Assembly: GCA_023515725.1 (NCBI GenBank)
Contig: JALDTO010000251.1
Coordinates: 1-64,000, forward strand
Source: Amoeboaphelidium protococcarum X5
Lineage: Eukaryota; Fungi; Aphelidiomycota
Length of the DNA: 64,000 bases
Reading direction: 5' to 3'
Below, piece after piece: positions 23,889 to 38,300 of the stretch. A program made the position numbers and the translations under genes. The notes beneath the pieces are model-generated. The model was given only the letters and a program-made list of their open reading frames with translations. It made no database searches and had not been told where the DNA came from. Within the stretch, counting starts at the first letter, position 1; every line of letters begins with the position of its first letter.

Positions 23889-26800
23889 TCAAGCATTCTT
23901 CTTGAGATATAGATTAAAGGTGGAGCCATTGATCTCAGTCTCTTCTACAATATCCGTCGCTTGGCTATCATCCAGCAGTTACGATGGAGCTGATTTGAAC
24001 ATACTGACAAGAGTCTCCTTCTAAGTTTTCAGCATCTCATTGACTTGGTCATCCAGATCATTGACAAACTTGTAATAGACATCAACAGAGTCAGTCTACA
24101 CAAACCCGGCCTTTCTTCTCAACTTTTACACGCGATTGATCCACTCACGCGCCAAACCTTCCTGAAGCAGCTGCTTGTCCAAAGTGGTGTCAAGCAGAAT
24201 CAACGCATCCTTTTCACTGTTGGATTCATAGTTTCCGCTTGAAGCACTAGCATCAAAGAATCTTCCTACACTAAGTTCTTCATTCGTCAAGTCAAATCCT
24301 GCCAATTGTATCTTATTCGTAGTCATAAACTACTTCACCTCCTGAGAACTTAGATCATTTAGAGCATTCTTAATTTTAGCTGTATCCTTTCTAAACTTGA
24401 GACCCAGTACTTTATTGTCAGGCTAAATTTTGTATCTCACACCATACTACTCTTCATCTTGAGTCAAGGTAATAGTTCTCACGTTCAACTCTTCTTTGAT
24501 ATAGCTCTCCAGTCTCTGGATATCCTGTTTGTACTCCTCAGACTGGTAAATAATCACCAGCTCTCTCAGCGGCTACCTCAGAGAGATATTCTTCTGCTCT
24601 CTTGTCTACCTACCCAACAAAATCACAGTCTACATTCTACCAACTGCACGCTCAGTTTCCTGGTCAAAATACTCCTATCTCACACTCGGAAAGTCGATAA
24701 AGTGGACTGAACGCGTAACCTTAAACTACTTGTTAAATGCACTATCAGCAGGTATGAACTATTTAAGGCCTTGATACATATTTTCACAAAGAAATGGAGT
24801 AAACGGAGCCATGGCACGCGTCAAAGTCAGCAAGACTTCGAACAGAGTATTCAAAGCCACTTGAGTCTCCTCTGTGCCATTCTCACCTTTCAAACGCTTT
24901 CGATTGAATCTAATGTACCAGTTGGTGATACTATCAATCAACTTCAACAGCTTTGGCACCACAGTGTACAATCTATAGGCAGCCATCTCAGCGCGCACAA
25001 ATTGAATCAGCGATTGGGTGGATCCCAAAATCCACTTGTCCATAAGATTATCCAGCTGTGAGACATTCTCATTGTACATGAAATCAATGCCGGCGTCCTT
25101 CTTCAGTAACAAAGCCTAGGCGGCAAAGAATTTAAAAGAATTCACCCACGGAGATAGAACATCCTTCAAAACCTCCAAGACTCCATCCTCTTTAAACTTC
25201 AAAGTCTCGGCACGAACAACAGGTGAATTAATCAAGTAGAGACGAAGAGCATCAGCACCATAAGCTTCAATAACAGTAGAAGGCTCCGGATAATTCTTCA
25301 ACCTCTTTGACATCTTCTTACCGTCTGATGCCAGAACAAGACCATTTACGATCAGATTCTTGAAAGGAGGCTGGTCAAATAGATGCGTGGACAGAACCAG
25401 CAAAGTATAAAACCAACCACGAGTCTAATCCAAACCTTCAGCAATAAAGTCAGCAGGGAATGACTTCTCAAATACCTCCTTATTCTCAAATGGATAATGC
25501 TGCTGGGCATAAGGCATGGAACCACTCTCAAACCAGCAATCAAAAACTTCCTCAATTCTCTTCAAATTACCTTTACCCTTCTTAGATGGAATCTGAATAT
25601 GATCAATGTTGTCTCTGTGCAAATCGGTGATGCCAGTCTGACCCGACAGCAACTCCAACTCTTCGACAGAGCCCACACAGACAATTTCCTCCATATCATC
25701 GCTCGCCCAAATCGGAATAGGTGTACCCCAATAACGATTTCTACTAACCGCCCAGTCTCGAGCATTAGCCAGCCAATTAGCAAACCTCTTCTCCTGTACA
25801 AAGTCCGGTACCCAGTGAGTCAAACTGTTATTCTTCAGCAGTTTTGGCACAATCTCTTCAACACGAACGAACCAACACGGAACAGCCTTGTAGATCAGAG
25901 GAGTGTCAGAGCGCCAACAAAAAGGATAACTATGAGATAACTGCGATTGTCTGACAACTCTTCCCTGATTCTTCAACTATTTAGTGATCAACTTATCGGC
26001 ATCTTTGACGTAGACGCCCTTAAAATCGGCAACCTTCTCCATATAACAGCCACTTTCATCCACAGGACAGTAACCAGTTTCGCCTTTGGCAATGATTCCA
26101 TTGGCTAGACAAACGCGGTAATCATCTTCACCAAATCCAGGCGCTTGATGGACAATACCAGTACCACTGTCATCAGTCACGTAGGTATCACTCACAATCT
26201 TGAAAGCAGACTCCTTCTTGTCTGCAAAGTAATCAAATAGAGGCACATACTTCATACCAACCAACTCAGCGCCTTTGTACTTCTTGATTACCTAGAACTT
26301 GGCCTTCTTAGGATCCTTGTAAAGAATCTCCAACCTCTTTTCTAAAAGAATCCAATTAGAGCCACTCTCCTCGTCTTTGATCTGAACATAATCAAACTCG
26401 GGGTGAACACAGAGAGCAAGATTACTAGGCAATGTCCATGGAGTGGTGGTCCACGCCAGCACAGAAACGTCAGGCTGATCCACCAAAGGAAATGACACAG
26501 TGACGGCAGGATCAAGCACATCCTTATAGTTTTAGTTGGCCTCAAAGTTACTCAGTGGTGTATTACACGCAGTAGAGAAAGGCATCACCTTAAATCCTTA
26601 ATAAACTTGTCCCTTTTCAAACAGCTGCTTGAACACCCACCACACGCTCTCCATGTACGAAGTGTTCAGCGTCTTGTAATCATTTTCAAAATCAATCCAT
26701 CTACCCATTCTCTCCACCGTAATCTCCCACTCTTTAGCGTATCTCATCACAATGGAGCGACACTCTGCATTATACTTATCAATGCCCAACTTCATGACAT

Positions 26801-27164
26801 CTTCCTTGTTTTTGATTCCCAACTTCTTATCAATCTCATATTCCACCGGAAGACCATGAGTATCCCAGCCGAACCTTCTCTCCACATAATGGCCAGTCTG
26901 TGCAGCATAACGCGTCACAGTATCTTTGATCGTTCCCGCCAGCAGATGACCATAATGAGGCAGACCGGTGGCAAAAGGTGGACCATCATAAAAAGAGTAT
27001 CTCGGTTTGCCTTCGCCAAGTTTAGTTTATGTATTGAACGCGTCCACAGAACGCCAAAATTCCAATACCTTGCGTTCCTCAGCAGCAAATTCATGCCTCA
27101 TCAGAGTCAAGTTTGGATTCTTGACATCAGCCAGGTGACACTTTGAGCTTGAATCAGATGACAT
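23889..27164 (-). CDS. ILS1: Isoleucyl-tRNA synthetase, cytosolic, 1091 aa
   Basis: [15 protein letters not shown] (HIGH), [29 protein letters not shown][TAG=Q]TRGWFY, KMSKR. Single frame. Confidence 0.97.
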
Positions 27165-27565
27165 CTCGATTACTCTTGTTCTTCAAATCTAATAGATAGT
27201 TTACTGTTAGATTACAATAGCGAGGCTTAGCCAAAAAGATTTCGGTTGATCTGGAAGGAAAACGCGATTGCGAAAAGCGCGCTCAATCAGATCCGATGCT
27301 TTCTATTTATGGGAAGGGAGAGGCATCAGCGACGGAGCCTAGAGATAACAACTGACACTTCAGTGCCGTTTCAGATAGTGAGAAATCCGACGAGGCGTAA
27401 ACGCGATCATTTCCAATCTCGGAAGTTATTGTCTGTTTCAGTAAGTGAAACGGATTTCTTGAGGCCGATAGATTGAAATGCATCAGCCTGGACTACTCCT
27501 CTTTCACATATATACTCGACACTTATAACATTTCCACAAAGTGAACATCTATTCATAGCACTATT
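27165..27565. promoter_or_regulatory. Short divergent promoter shared by ILS1 and DMC1, containing ACGCGA/CGCG elements
   Basis: Head-to-head genes 400 bp apart. AACGCGA at ~27261 and ~27399, GCGCGC at ~27277. Confidence 0.45.
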
Positions 27566-28935
27566 ATGACTCAAAGAAGTACTCAAAAGTCTACTCAACA
27601 GACTCAGCATACTTAGTTGGAGCCAACAATTCCTGAAGAACGCGTTGAATCTCAGGAACTGTTGGAAGATGAGGTAGTTTCAATCAATGTCACTCTTTAC
27701 TATTTCAATGCTTTATTAGTATACATTTAGGAATGCTTCTTTCAAGATATTGATGAGTTGCAAAACCAAGGTATCAATGCAAGTGATATACAAAAGTTGA
27801 AGGTTGCCGGTGTTTGTACAGTACGGTAAGGCGTGTTTTGTGAGACTAAGTTGTGTTTCAACGTCGCACGCGTTTCACTGATCTGACATGTAGTGGAGTG
27901 ATGATGTGCGCCAAGAAGAATCTCTTGAAGATCAAAGGCTTATCTGAGGCTAAAGTCGACAAGATTCGTGAAGCTGCCAGCAAGATGACGGTTAGTTTGC
28001 CGTATACTAATTCTTAACTTACTTTGATCGGTATCATACGTGATGAGTGTAGGACTGTGGCTTTATGACTGCGATGGAATGTGCTGTTCGTCGTCAAAGT
28101 GTCCTGAGAATAACTACTGGCAGTGCTGAGTTTGATAAGTTACTGGGTGGAGGTGTCTAGTCAATGCAAATCACTGAGGTGTTTGGAGAGTTCAGAACAG
28201 GCAAGACGTAATTGTCACATACTTTATGCGTGGCGTGTCAACTTGATCCGAGTCAAGGTGGCGCTGGCGGTAAAGCAGCCTATATTGACACCGAGGGAAC
28301 GTTCCGTCCAAACAGAATATCTCAAATTGCGACAAGATTTGGACTGGATCCTGATGAAGCTGCTGAGAACGTTATCTATGCACGTGCGTACAATTGTGAG
28401 CATCAGATGGAGCTAATCACCCTGCTTGCTGCGCGTTTCGCAGAAGAACGTGGTGTATACCGTCTCTTGGTTGTCGACTCTATCATTGCTCTGTTTCGTT
28501 CTGACTACACCGGTATGTGTATTCGTATAATTGATATTCTATGTTAATGCGTAAGTGTGTAGGACGTGGTGAATTGGGTGAACGTCAACAAAAGTTGAAT
28601 CAAATGCTGTCTCGTTTGATCAAGATCTCGGAGGAGTTCAACATTGCGGTATTCATCACTAACCAGATGACCTCTGACCCTGGTGCTGCGTTATCATTTG
28701 TTCCCGATCCTAAAAAGGTAAATCTTCTCATAGTATAGTAGAGACATTAACATCTTTACACTCTTTGTAGGCTGTCGGTGGACATATTCTGGCTCACGCA
28801 TCCTCAACGAGAATTGCGCTGCGCAAGGGCCGTGCTGAGACTCGTATTGCCAAGATCAATGACAGCGCAGATATGCCTGAAGGTGAGGCTGTCTATGCTA
28901 TTAGTGAAGGCGGTATAATCGATGCTACTGAATGA
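27566..28935 (+). CDS. DMC1: Meiotic recombinase Dmc1 (5 introns: 27674-27730, 27826-27893, 27991-28052, 28513-28562, 28718-28770)
   Basis: [68 protein letters not shown] (Dmc1-type RQQKL rather than Rad51 RQxHL), [12 protein letters not shown]. All introns are GT-AG and frame-restoring. Confidence 0.92.
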
Positions 28936-29094
28936 TATGGATAAGCGGAGATGATATGATATAAATCAACAACTAATTTTATATCCACTTTTCTAATTCA
29001 TACACTCTTTTCTCATCATCATCAATATTCGGAATCATACTATAAAGCATCATTATAATCAAAGTCATCTTTCTACAGTTCTGCACAAAAAATT

Positions 29095-29943
29095 TCACTT
29101 GGCCGCTCTAGTTACGCGTTTAGGAGTAGCAACTGATGCTGAGGATTTTTTAGCTGTACCAGCCTTTTTAGCAGATGCTGAAGATTTACCGCTTTTAACA
29201 GCAGATGCACCAGACTTTTTCACAGAGCCCACAGAAGTCTTTTTCTCCTTCTTACCAGATGATGGCTTCTTTGCAGGCGAGGAAGCACTAGATTTCTTTA
29301 CCGTAACGGCAGGTAATTCCGTTTTATTTCTTGGTGTCGATGGAGGCGTTGCAATTGGAGATGATTTTCCAGCAGCAGATACTTTGCGCTTCTTCGTCAC
29401 GGGTGTCTCCACAGTATCGTTGGCATTCTTTTTAGCAGCTGAACTTGGCTTACTCGTGGATTATCTGCCTGATGATTTTTTGCCAGTCCCAGAAGTAATC
29501 TTCTCATTACTCACCTGAGCAGCTTTCCTTTTACTCCCAGTCTTGATTTACCCAGTTGCTTGCTTCGAACCAGATGGCTTCTTCTTCGCGGCTGGTGTTG
29601 CAGCAACCTTCTTGGTAGCGCTGCCCTTTGCTTTGGCAGCTGCTGCAGTAGGCTTCTTCTTGGCACTACCTTTCGCAGTCTTCTTTGCAGAACTCTTCTT
29701 CTACACCGTCTTACCAGTCGAGCTTTTCTTGCTACTCACACCGCTATTCAAGTCAGAATCAGAATCATAACCTTCACCATCTTCATTATCTCTCATAGAT
29801 CTTGAGCCAATGCTTGATCTACTGCTAACCTTCTTCACTTGTTTCACATTGCCAGAGGACTTTTTTGAAACGGACTTTCTCACTGCAGCTCCATCAAACT
29901 GAGTCTGCTGTTATTGTTGTTCTGCTGATAATACTCCTCCCAT
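29095..29943 (-). CDS. Lys/Ala/Ser-rich basic low-complexity protein (histone-H1-tail-like), 282 aa
   Basis: Open from ATG 29943 to TGA 29095-29097. Repeats such as KKTAKGSAKKKPTAAAAKAKG, several S/T-P-x-K/R sites, and N-terminus MGGVLS. Confidence 0.7.
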
Positions 29944-30371
29944 AGTTGCGATCAGTGTATGTATTTAAATAATTAATTACTATAGTTACAGTCGCTTGGA
30001 GACTATATAAAAATATCTGCAGAGTTAATTGTTACGACGAAAAGCCTGTTAATGTAGTAGCGTTGAGAGTCAAAGTGGAGGCTGTTTGTTTGTTCGTTTG
30101 TTTCACCTTGGAGTTCGCTGCCTCCAGGCCATTGATTGTGTTTGTTTAGTCAGTCGGTTGCTATAATGAATTGAATTAACGATTGTCCACCTACTTAGTT
30201 GAAATGGACTTAAATTGAGTTTTAATAATTACAAATTTCTTGTCTAAGTAAAATCTAATTGAAGCAATTTGTCAGTAAGTTTGCAATTTCTATACCATTC
30301 GTTACTCGCGCGTTTAACGCTCTTTAACAATCATACATTTCAACAAAGTTGCGGAATCGTTAACCTTTATA

Positions 30372-32117
30372 ATGGCTGATATTATAGTGCATGAACCACG
30401 TTAATTTAAAGTTGAAAAACTTGATCCTAAATTCAGGTATCTATTGAACGTAACTAAGGATAATATAGAAAGTGTTGCGTTAAATGAAGTTGGTTCTTAA
30501 TGGATACCGTTGATAGAGAGCGCGTCAATCTAAAGTGAACTGGATCATCTGCTTGGCTGGTTAGAGTATTGCGACATTCAAGTACTTTGTCTCAATATTA
30601 CGCCTGATAAAGAGAGTAATGATAGCGCGTAAATACTTGACAACATAAGGACAGTGCAGTATATCTTGTAAAGACCCAAATTCAATATTTAGATTCGAAT
30701 GAGTATTAGCGCGGAATCTTGGCATTGGTGGTTGTGGATATCGCGTGCCTTGGAGTATAATACGCGTCTTCATCTCTTGCTGTAATATGATAAGACTAGT
30801 TGCGTGAAACTATTGAGACTATATGCTGGCGAGCCAGTAAAGGCAATAGAGCTACTTGATGCGAATTTACAAGGCGTTGAAGAGTTAATTCCGTTGGAGT
30901 TTCTGATTAGATACAAAGATGTCACATTCGTTCTCAGACGTGAGTGTTTAGATATGAATGTTGATTATATCGTATAGTATAAACACTAGCTAGCGTCGGA
31001 TAGAAATGAATACTAGCAGAAAGTAGACCAGTATCACGATATTCTTCAGGTGCCGATGAAGCCAGCGAGCGATTACTTGTCTGATTATACGTACAGTATG
31101 TTTTTGGAAGACCGTGTCAAATATTATCAGTATAGGAATGCATTTGTCTAATGGCTTAAAAATAATCCATATATGCAATCATATTCAATTCTTAATGTTG
31201 GGTCTGGGTCTTAAGCTCCGTTGATATTTCAGTTTATTCAGGCAATAAGAATTGTGGGTGTTGATTTATTAAAGTTTAGATTTTATGCCATGGAACGGAA
31301 TATATATGCTGCCAGAGCGTTGCAAAGATTGATTACCAAGTATGAATTATAAAAAGTGATTATATGCTTGCCACCTGCTGATATAAGACACGTTGATCAA
31401 ATGTACTTCATTAAAGCTGATCTTCAGTTTTGTGGCTTTGATTTGGTAATCAGTGAATTGCTCGGATCTTTTGGGGATAATGAACTGTGTCCAGAGTGTC
31501 TGCGTCCTGCTGAACACTTTTTGACAGCGGGCTTTCATCAGAAGTTTATTCCATATAAATATTCTGCATACATTTAGCCTATAACTTCGACAGTATTGAA
31601 ACGGAAGATTCGAGAGCTTAGTGCGCAAGATGCTGAAGTAACATCATGTAGTCCGTTCGTTGTGAATATGAAGCAGTATGCCAGTATTGGGATGAGTGCA
31701 GCTAAAGTCTGGGAGTTTTCGCATCCCTTGTCGGAATAAGAGGATTTTACACGAGATTCAGGTACACACGTATTCTAAAACTAGCATGAAGTTCCTGTAA
31801 GACTGGATGCTGTTGCTGGATACTTTGATTGCGAATTGATTAAGGATGCTTAATCCGTCGATACAAAGATCTCTATCGTTCCCGAATCTGGAACTGATGG
31901 ACTGAACAGCTGGTTTCCTATTATATTTAATCTTGAAGAACCTGTTATTATTGAGCCATCATAAAGCGTTTGCATAAAATTTAAGAGAAAGCGCGATTCT
32001 CACTCAATGTGGTACGAATGGCAGGTAAATATACTCGATTAGATATCAGCTGAAGTCAAATACGTCTCAAAAGTTTACAATTTAAATGGCCAGCATTACA
32101 AAATTGAATTAGAATGA
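30372..32117 (+). CDS. PRMT5/Hsl7/Skb1-like protein arginine methyltransferase (divergent), 581 aa
   Basis: YAGEPVKAI (TIM barrel), [11 protein letters not shown]...[15 protein letters not shown], double-E loop [42 protein letters not shown] at 32115-32117. Confidence 0.85.
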
Positions 32118-32303
32118 TACTGCATTGTAAGTATAACAAACATAGCAATCAACTAGGTAGTGTGTAGAATAAAATGGCAAATTCAGTAAACATTTTTTAT
32201 TCCTCGTTTCTCATATTTATCTTCTCATATCATTCATCATCATCATCATCATCAGTATTGTCCATCATTCATAACGTAAATACACAAGTCCGCAGTGTCA
32301 AAA

Positions 32304-35300
32304 TCACAAGGTTGGAGGTGTAGCTCTAGCAGTGGCTCTAAAGCGTTCCATTTCTCTTTCCAAGCGCGTAGACTTCTCACGATGATCTTCTGCATCACGC
32401 TCAGCTCTCTTCTTTGCCAGTTGTAAGTCGCTTTCACGTCCCTCCAAGTCCATAATGTCCTGCTTCATCTTGCGCAGCTTATCCTAAGTCTTGTTGAGCT
32501 CATCATCTTGACGCTAGCGGATACGCTCCTTCTCAGCCACCTGACTCTGCAGATCACGGATTAATCTCTCATTACGTCTGCTGGTCTACTACAAATCGTC
32601 TCTCTCACGAGTAACCTTATCAAGCTGAGCAGTCATATCGTACAACTTGGACTCCAACTTCTTGAAATTCTTATTCATATCACCCTTGACAGCAGATTCC
32701 AAGTCAACAATACGCAGCTGATACTCTTTGTTGGTCTTCTCCAACTAAGCATTTGAGCGAGACAGATCATTTACAGCATCCTTCTCTCTTTGCAACTATG
32801 CGGTCAATTCGGCACGGGCTTGTTCAGCAATGCGAGCCTTATCACCTTCAGTGTCAGCCTGTTCACGAGCCTCATCGATGTGACTCTTCAACTCGCGATT
32901 CTCATTCTCAAGCACAATATTGTTCTTTTCCAAGGTCAGCTTGACCTGATTAACAGAAGTGAATTGCTCATTCAATTCCTCATAACGGGCATCGACACCT
33001 CTCTTAGACTTCTCCAGCAAGTTCTTCTCAGTCTCAATCTCCTCCAACTGTATGCGCAATTCTCTTAATTGAGTCTACAAAGTGTTGGCCATGTTCTACA
33101 ACTAGTCCTGACTTGTCAAAGATAGCTCATAGGCGCGGCTAAGCTCTTGCAGCTTCTGCTCATATCTATCCTTCTCCTTCTACCAGTTAGAGTTTCCACG
33201 AGTCTCTTCTTGCAATTTAGTGTTGAGGGCACTTACAGCCGACTGGACATCGCGGTAGTTCTCCTTGATCTACAAGGCATTCTGCCTCTCTTGATCCAGC
33301 TAGTCAGCCAAAGATTTGCTCTCAGTCTAGTACTTGCGACGCAATTCTTCAATCTCAGCCTCACGCTCTTCATACTCGCGACGATAACGATCTCTTTCTT
33401 CGCTCAGGTCAGCAGTCAATTTCTCCTTAGCCAGACGTAGTTCTGCCAATTCAGCCTACTCCTCTTCAGTACGATCCTGAATATCCAATAGCTGAGCCTC
33501 GGCAGACTTGGCTTTCTACTCGGCATCCAGACGCTCCTACAATGCCTCACTCAAAGTCTCCTCAACCTCCTGGATCTGCACTCTCAATGAACTCTCAGCC
33601 TTTTCAGCTTTGATTCTTGCAATCTCAGACTGCTCAAGCTTAGTTACAGTCTCTTCGTACTTGGCCTTGTATAAACTGATAGATTCCTCCAATTCTCTAA
33701 CCTTAACATCGGAAGTGTCTAATCTCATCTACACCTCCTTCAACTCAGTGCCAATCTTGCGGCGGTTGGAAGCTTCATCATTCTTACTAGCAATTTCAGT
33801 CTCAAGGCGTTACTTCAAGTCAGAGACGTCAGCTTGCAACATTTTCTGCTACTTTTCATAGTCGACCACCTGCTGCTTCTTTTCCTACAACTCAGCCTCA
33901 ACCAAACGCTAAGAGGCAATGATAGCACGCTTAGAATCTTCCAGCTTTTGCAGCTTCTCCTCATATTCGTTCTAAATCTGAGAGCGTGCAACTCCATCAT
34001 CAACAGTGCGAGACATTTGAGATAGCTCAGCCTTCTCGCGCTCTTCATTCTCCAGCTGCTCTCTTAAAGATTCAACTTCTTGTTCGAGACGCTTCTTGGC
34101 TTCACTCAGAGCAGCTTTAGAGCCTTCTCCACCATCCAGCTCCTCTTGCAATTCGCTTATACGCTTCTCCAACTATCTGCGATCTCTGTCAGAAGTATCC
34201 AGCTGCTTTTCAAGCTTCTCAACCTCGGCCATTAGAGAATTAGCCTTACGCTCGTGCCTATTTGCCATTTCTTCATAATTGACACGGACTTTACGCTCGT
34301 CATCAATCTTCACCTGAAGCTCACGCACAGTCTGCTCGGCCTTCTTTCTAGCCTTGTCAATATCAGTCTTGCTTCTGGAATCTCTGTCATTAGTTGACAT
34401 GAATTCATCGATCTGAGCCTCCAACTTCTTCTTCTGACGGACAAGTTCATTCTTGGTGGCCTGCTCTTGATCCAATTACTCACCGAGAGCATTGATCTCC
34501 TTGAGAAGCATCTTTCTGGTTTCCTCCAGCTAACCGTCCTTGGTCAAGATTTCAGATTCCATTCTGACACGATAATCAGCCAATGCCTCCTCTACTCTCT
34601 TCTTGGAATCTTCTGCAACACGGCGATTGTTTTCTTCTTCCTCCAACTATGCCTCAAGCTCTTGGACTCTCTGCTCATAGCGTCTCTTGGTCTTCTCCAA
34701 CTCATGCACATTACGGCCACCATCACCAATCTCGTCTACCAGAGCACGAAGTTCAGACTCTACATTCTCCTTAGACTTGGTCAGACTGTAGATCTGCTGG
34801 TCCTTAGACTCGACTTCACTAGTAAGAGCTTCAACAGTTGACTACAGGCGACGTTGCATAGATTCTTGGGATTCACGCTGGCGACGTTCAGACTCCAAAG
34901 CCGAATTCACATTGCGCAACTCAGTCTCCGCAGCCTTGGCTGAACGCTCTGCACTCTTGATGGATGAGATCTAACGCTCAACTTCAACACGCAGATCGTC
35001 AACTTCGGCAGTTAATCTGATTCTGGATTTCTCAGATGAAGACAGACGGCTCTCGGTGTCGCTGAGACGCGCAGATAGATCGGAAATCTCTTTTTCCAGA
35101 CGGGCTTTAGCCTTTTCCAAAAGTTCCATCTTTTCAGCATCTTCAACAGATACGCGACCGCTTAAGGATTCAATCTCAGTAGCTTTCAGAGCCAATTCAC
35201 GCTGCAACTCCAGACGCGCAGTCTCTTCCTCATCCAATCTTGCTTGCAATTCTGACAGATCATTAGTAATCTTTTTCCTGTTTGCTTCCAGGCTATTCAC

Positions 35301-38300
35301 CTTTCTCGTGGACTCATCCAACTCGGCAGTCAACTACTGGACTTACTTATCCAATGAACTACGCTCACGCTCAGCCTTAGTATAGTTGGCTTCCACCTCT
35401 TCCAAGCGAGATTGTAACTACACAGAGTTCTTATCCAAATTCTCACGAGCATACTTCAAATCGCTTAAGGCTTTCTCCTACTCTGCAGATCTAGTCTTGG
35501 TAGACTGCAGTTCACTCTCCAGCTGGCGGCGAGCCTTCTCTAATTTAGCACGAGTCTCTTCAGCTTGAGCCAATTCGTCAGTCAATGCGCGAACCTAAGT
35601 ATCCAACTGAGACTTCTAGCGTTCAACGTTGCTCTTCTCCGACTTAATAGAGTCGATCTAAGAACGTAACTGGTCAATAGACTAAGCACTTTTCTTTCTC
35701 AGTTCCTCTAATTGAGCAAGAGCGGATTCCAATTGACGTCTCAAATCTTCAATTTCAGCTTCTCTCATACGACGAGCTTCAGACTGCTTGGATTCCTGAT
35801 CACCCTTCTCCTCAACCAGAGCAGACATTTCAGCCAGCTCTTCCTCCAATTTCTTCTTCTGCTTGTTCAACTTCTCGCGCTCAATAATCTGCACCTCCAA
35901 TTCGCCCTCGGCAGTATCCAGCTTATTTGCCAATTCACGCCTCTGCTTGTCAATAGCATCTTTCTCACGCATCTCTTGGTCAAGACGAGCACTCAATTGG
36001 CCCAGCTCGGCATCCTTACGCTTCACATTATTCTCGGCATCAGCGCGCATTCTATTGGATTCTGCTAGAGCATCTTTAGTCTGCTTAAGCTCATTCTCCA
36101 AGGTCTATCTCTTCTTGCCCAAATCATTACGGTCCTGTTCAGACTTTGAAATCTGGTCTTCCAGCTCTGCCACCTAAGCCTGCAACTTGTTCTTCATCTT
36201 CAGCAACTCGGACTCCTTGTCATGTCCGGATTCCACAGAGCGCTGCAGATCCGACAAATTGCCCTCCAGTCTCTTTTTCTCATCTGCCAAACGATTCTTG
36301 TCATCCTACGCAGAATTCAAATCATTCTACAACTAATAGATTTGCTAGTCTTTCATAGTCTTATCCTTATCCAGCTTATCAGTCAACTGACGTTCCTGAT
36401 CCAATTGAGATTGGGTGGCTGCCAGCTGATCGGCATAAGTCTTGCGCTGAGTCTTGACTTCTTCCAACTGACTTTCCATGATCTCGTACGCCTGAGTGAC
36501 TGCTTTCAGCTCCTCTTCCAACTCGACAAGACGTCTCTAAGCGCGGCTGAGAAGCTCCTATTGATCAGCAGCAGCAGTCTTTTCACTAGCAAGACTTTCT
36601 TCCAATCTACGCTTCTGCTCCTCCAAATCGCGGCTATTTTACTCTAAGCGATCCTTTTCATTGCTGATAGCCTTAGCCTGCTCCTCCAGAGACTTGATGG
36701 CCTCTTCACGCTTGCGCAATTCATCATCAGTACGGCTAACATTCAACAAAGGTTTCACCTTGGAATACAATCTCCACCAGGACCATTCACGCAATTGAAC
36801 AAAGATACGAGCATTACGCTAGATGACTCTGATGCCCTTCAACTGGTCCAGACGTCTCTTAAATTTGCTACGGCCCAAGAAACCACGACTGTAGGCCTAG
36901 AAACCAGAAATGATGGACGACAGTTTGTTATCACGCTGTTCTTCCAACTGTGCCAGAACACCAGCTCTAAAGAACACCTTCGAGCTACCGATACGGTAAA
37001 GGTTCTCATCTAGATTCAAAGATTCTACCAGAGTCTAAGCAGCCTTCTTACCATCCATGTATCCCTTTGGAATCACACCCTGAGCAAGAATCTCGTAACG
37101 ATGACGGAATTCTGCAAATGGCAAACGAGATGGGAAACCTTGACGCACAATACGGATACCTTCCAGCACACCATTACATCTCAACTAGTCGAGCACTAGA
37201 TCGGCATCAATCTTACCAGGCTTCTTCTCCTCGTTCGGAATAATACAACGCACAAAGTGAGGCTGAGTAGAATACAACTGGTTCATCAAAGTGTTCAACT
37301 ACTCTCTATGACGCTGAGACACAGTTCTAAAGGCTCCCTTCTTAACAGTACTCACAACTCTACGGGTAGAATCGTCCTCCTCAGCCAAGTAATCGGCGAA
37401 CAAAGAGGCCACAAACTTCTCACTAGAATTAGCTAGCAACTTGGTGATGTTATCATTCAGAGGATCTTTGTTCTTGTCCAACCAGCCGGCAGTCTTATAC
37501 TCTACAGCAGACGCATAATGCTGCAGGATAAAACCGTCACCAAATCTAGGCACTTCGAACTTGGATGATTTTCCCTTCCACAGACCTACCAACTTCTCGG
37601 TAAAAGATTTGTCAGTAGCCTTTGGCATAACACAATCTTCATCCAACAGCGACAAGATACCGATAGGATTGGCCTTGTCAATCAGATCGATAGTAGGTTG
37701 CAAATCAAGACCAAAGTCGATAAACTTCCACTCAATACCTTCACGTTTATACTCTTCCTGCTCCATGATGAACATGTGATGATTAAAGAACTACTGCAGT
37801 CTCTCATTAGTGTAATTTATACATAACTACTCAAAGCTATTAACCTCAAAAATTTCGAAACCAGCAATATCCAGCACACCAATAAAGTAGGCACGAGAGG
37901 TAGGCTTATCAATGGCCTAATTGATACGATCAACCAATTTACCAAACATACGTTCATAAAGACCACGAGCCAGAGCTTCAATGGAGTAGCTGACCTGAGA
38001 TGGATTTCTAGCCTAAACCACAAAATCACGACCAGCCTTGATACGAGGCTTCAGCAAACCTTTAGTGAATTCTGCAACTGGAATACCAAACAAGTGGCAC
38101 ACCTTGTCAACAACCTTTTGAGCAACATCAGTCAACTATGCCTAATCCTCACGATCAGCGACCAGAGTAATGTTACCCAAATGCATGATGGCTGCAATAC
38201 AGCGAAAGAACTCAAACTACTCTTCAGCAGAAATGCCCATGATATTGAAAGCCTCAAGAACACCATTGAAATCAGCAACATCATCCACACCATCAATGTT

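Noticed and set aside
32304-36700. Repetitive-looking sequence as a tandem repeat or mobile element
   Set aside because: It is explained by the heptad coiled-coil of the myosin II tail.
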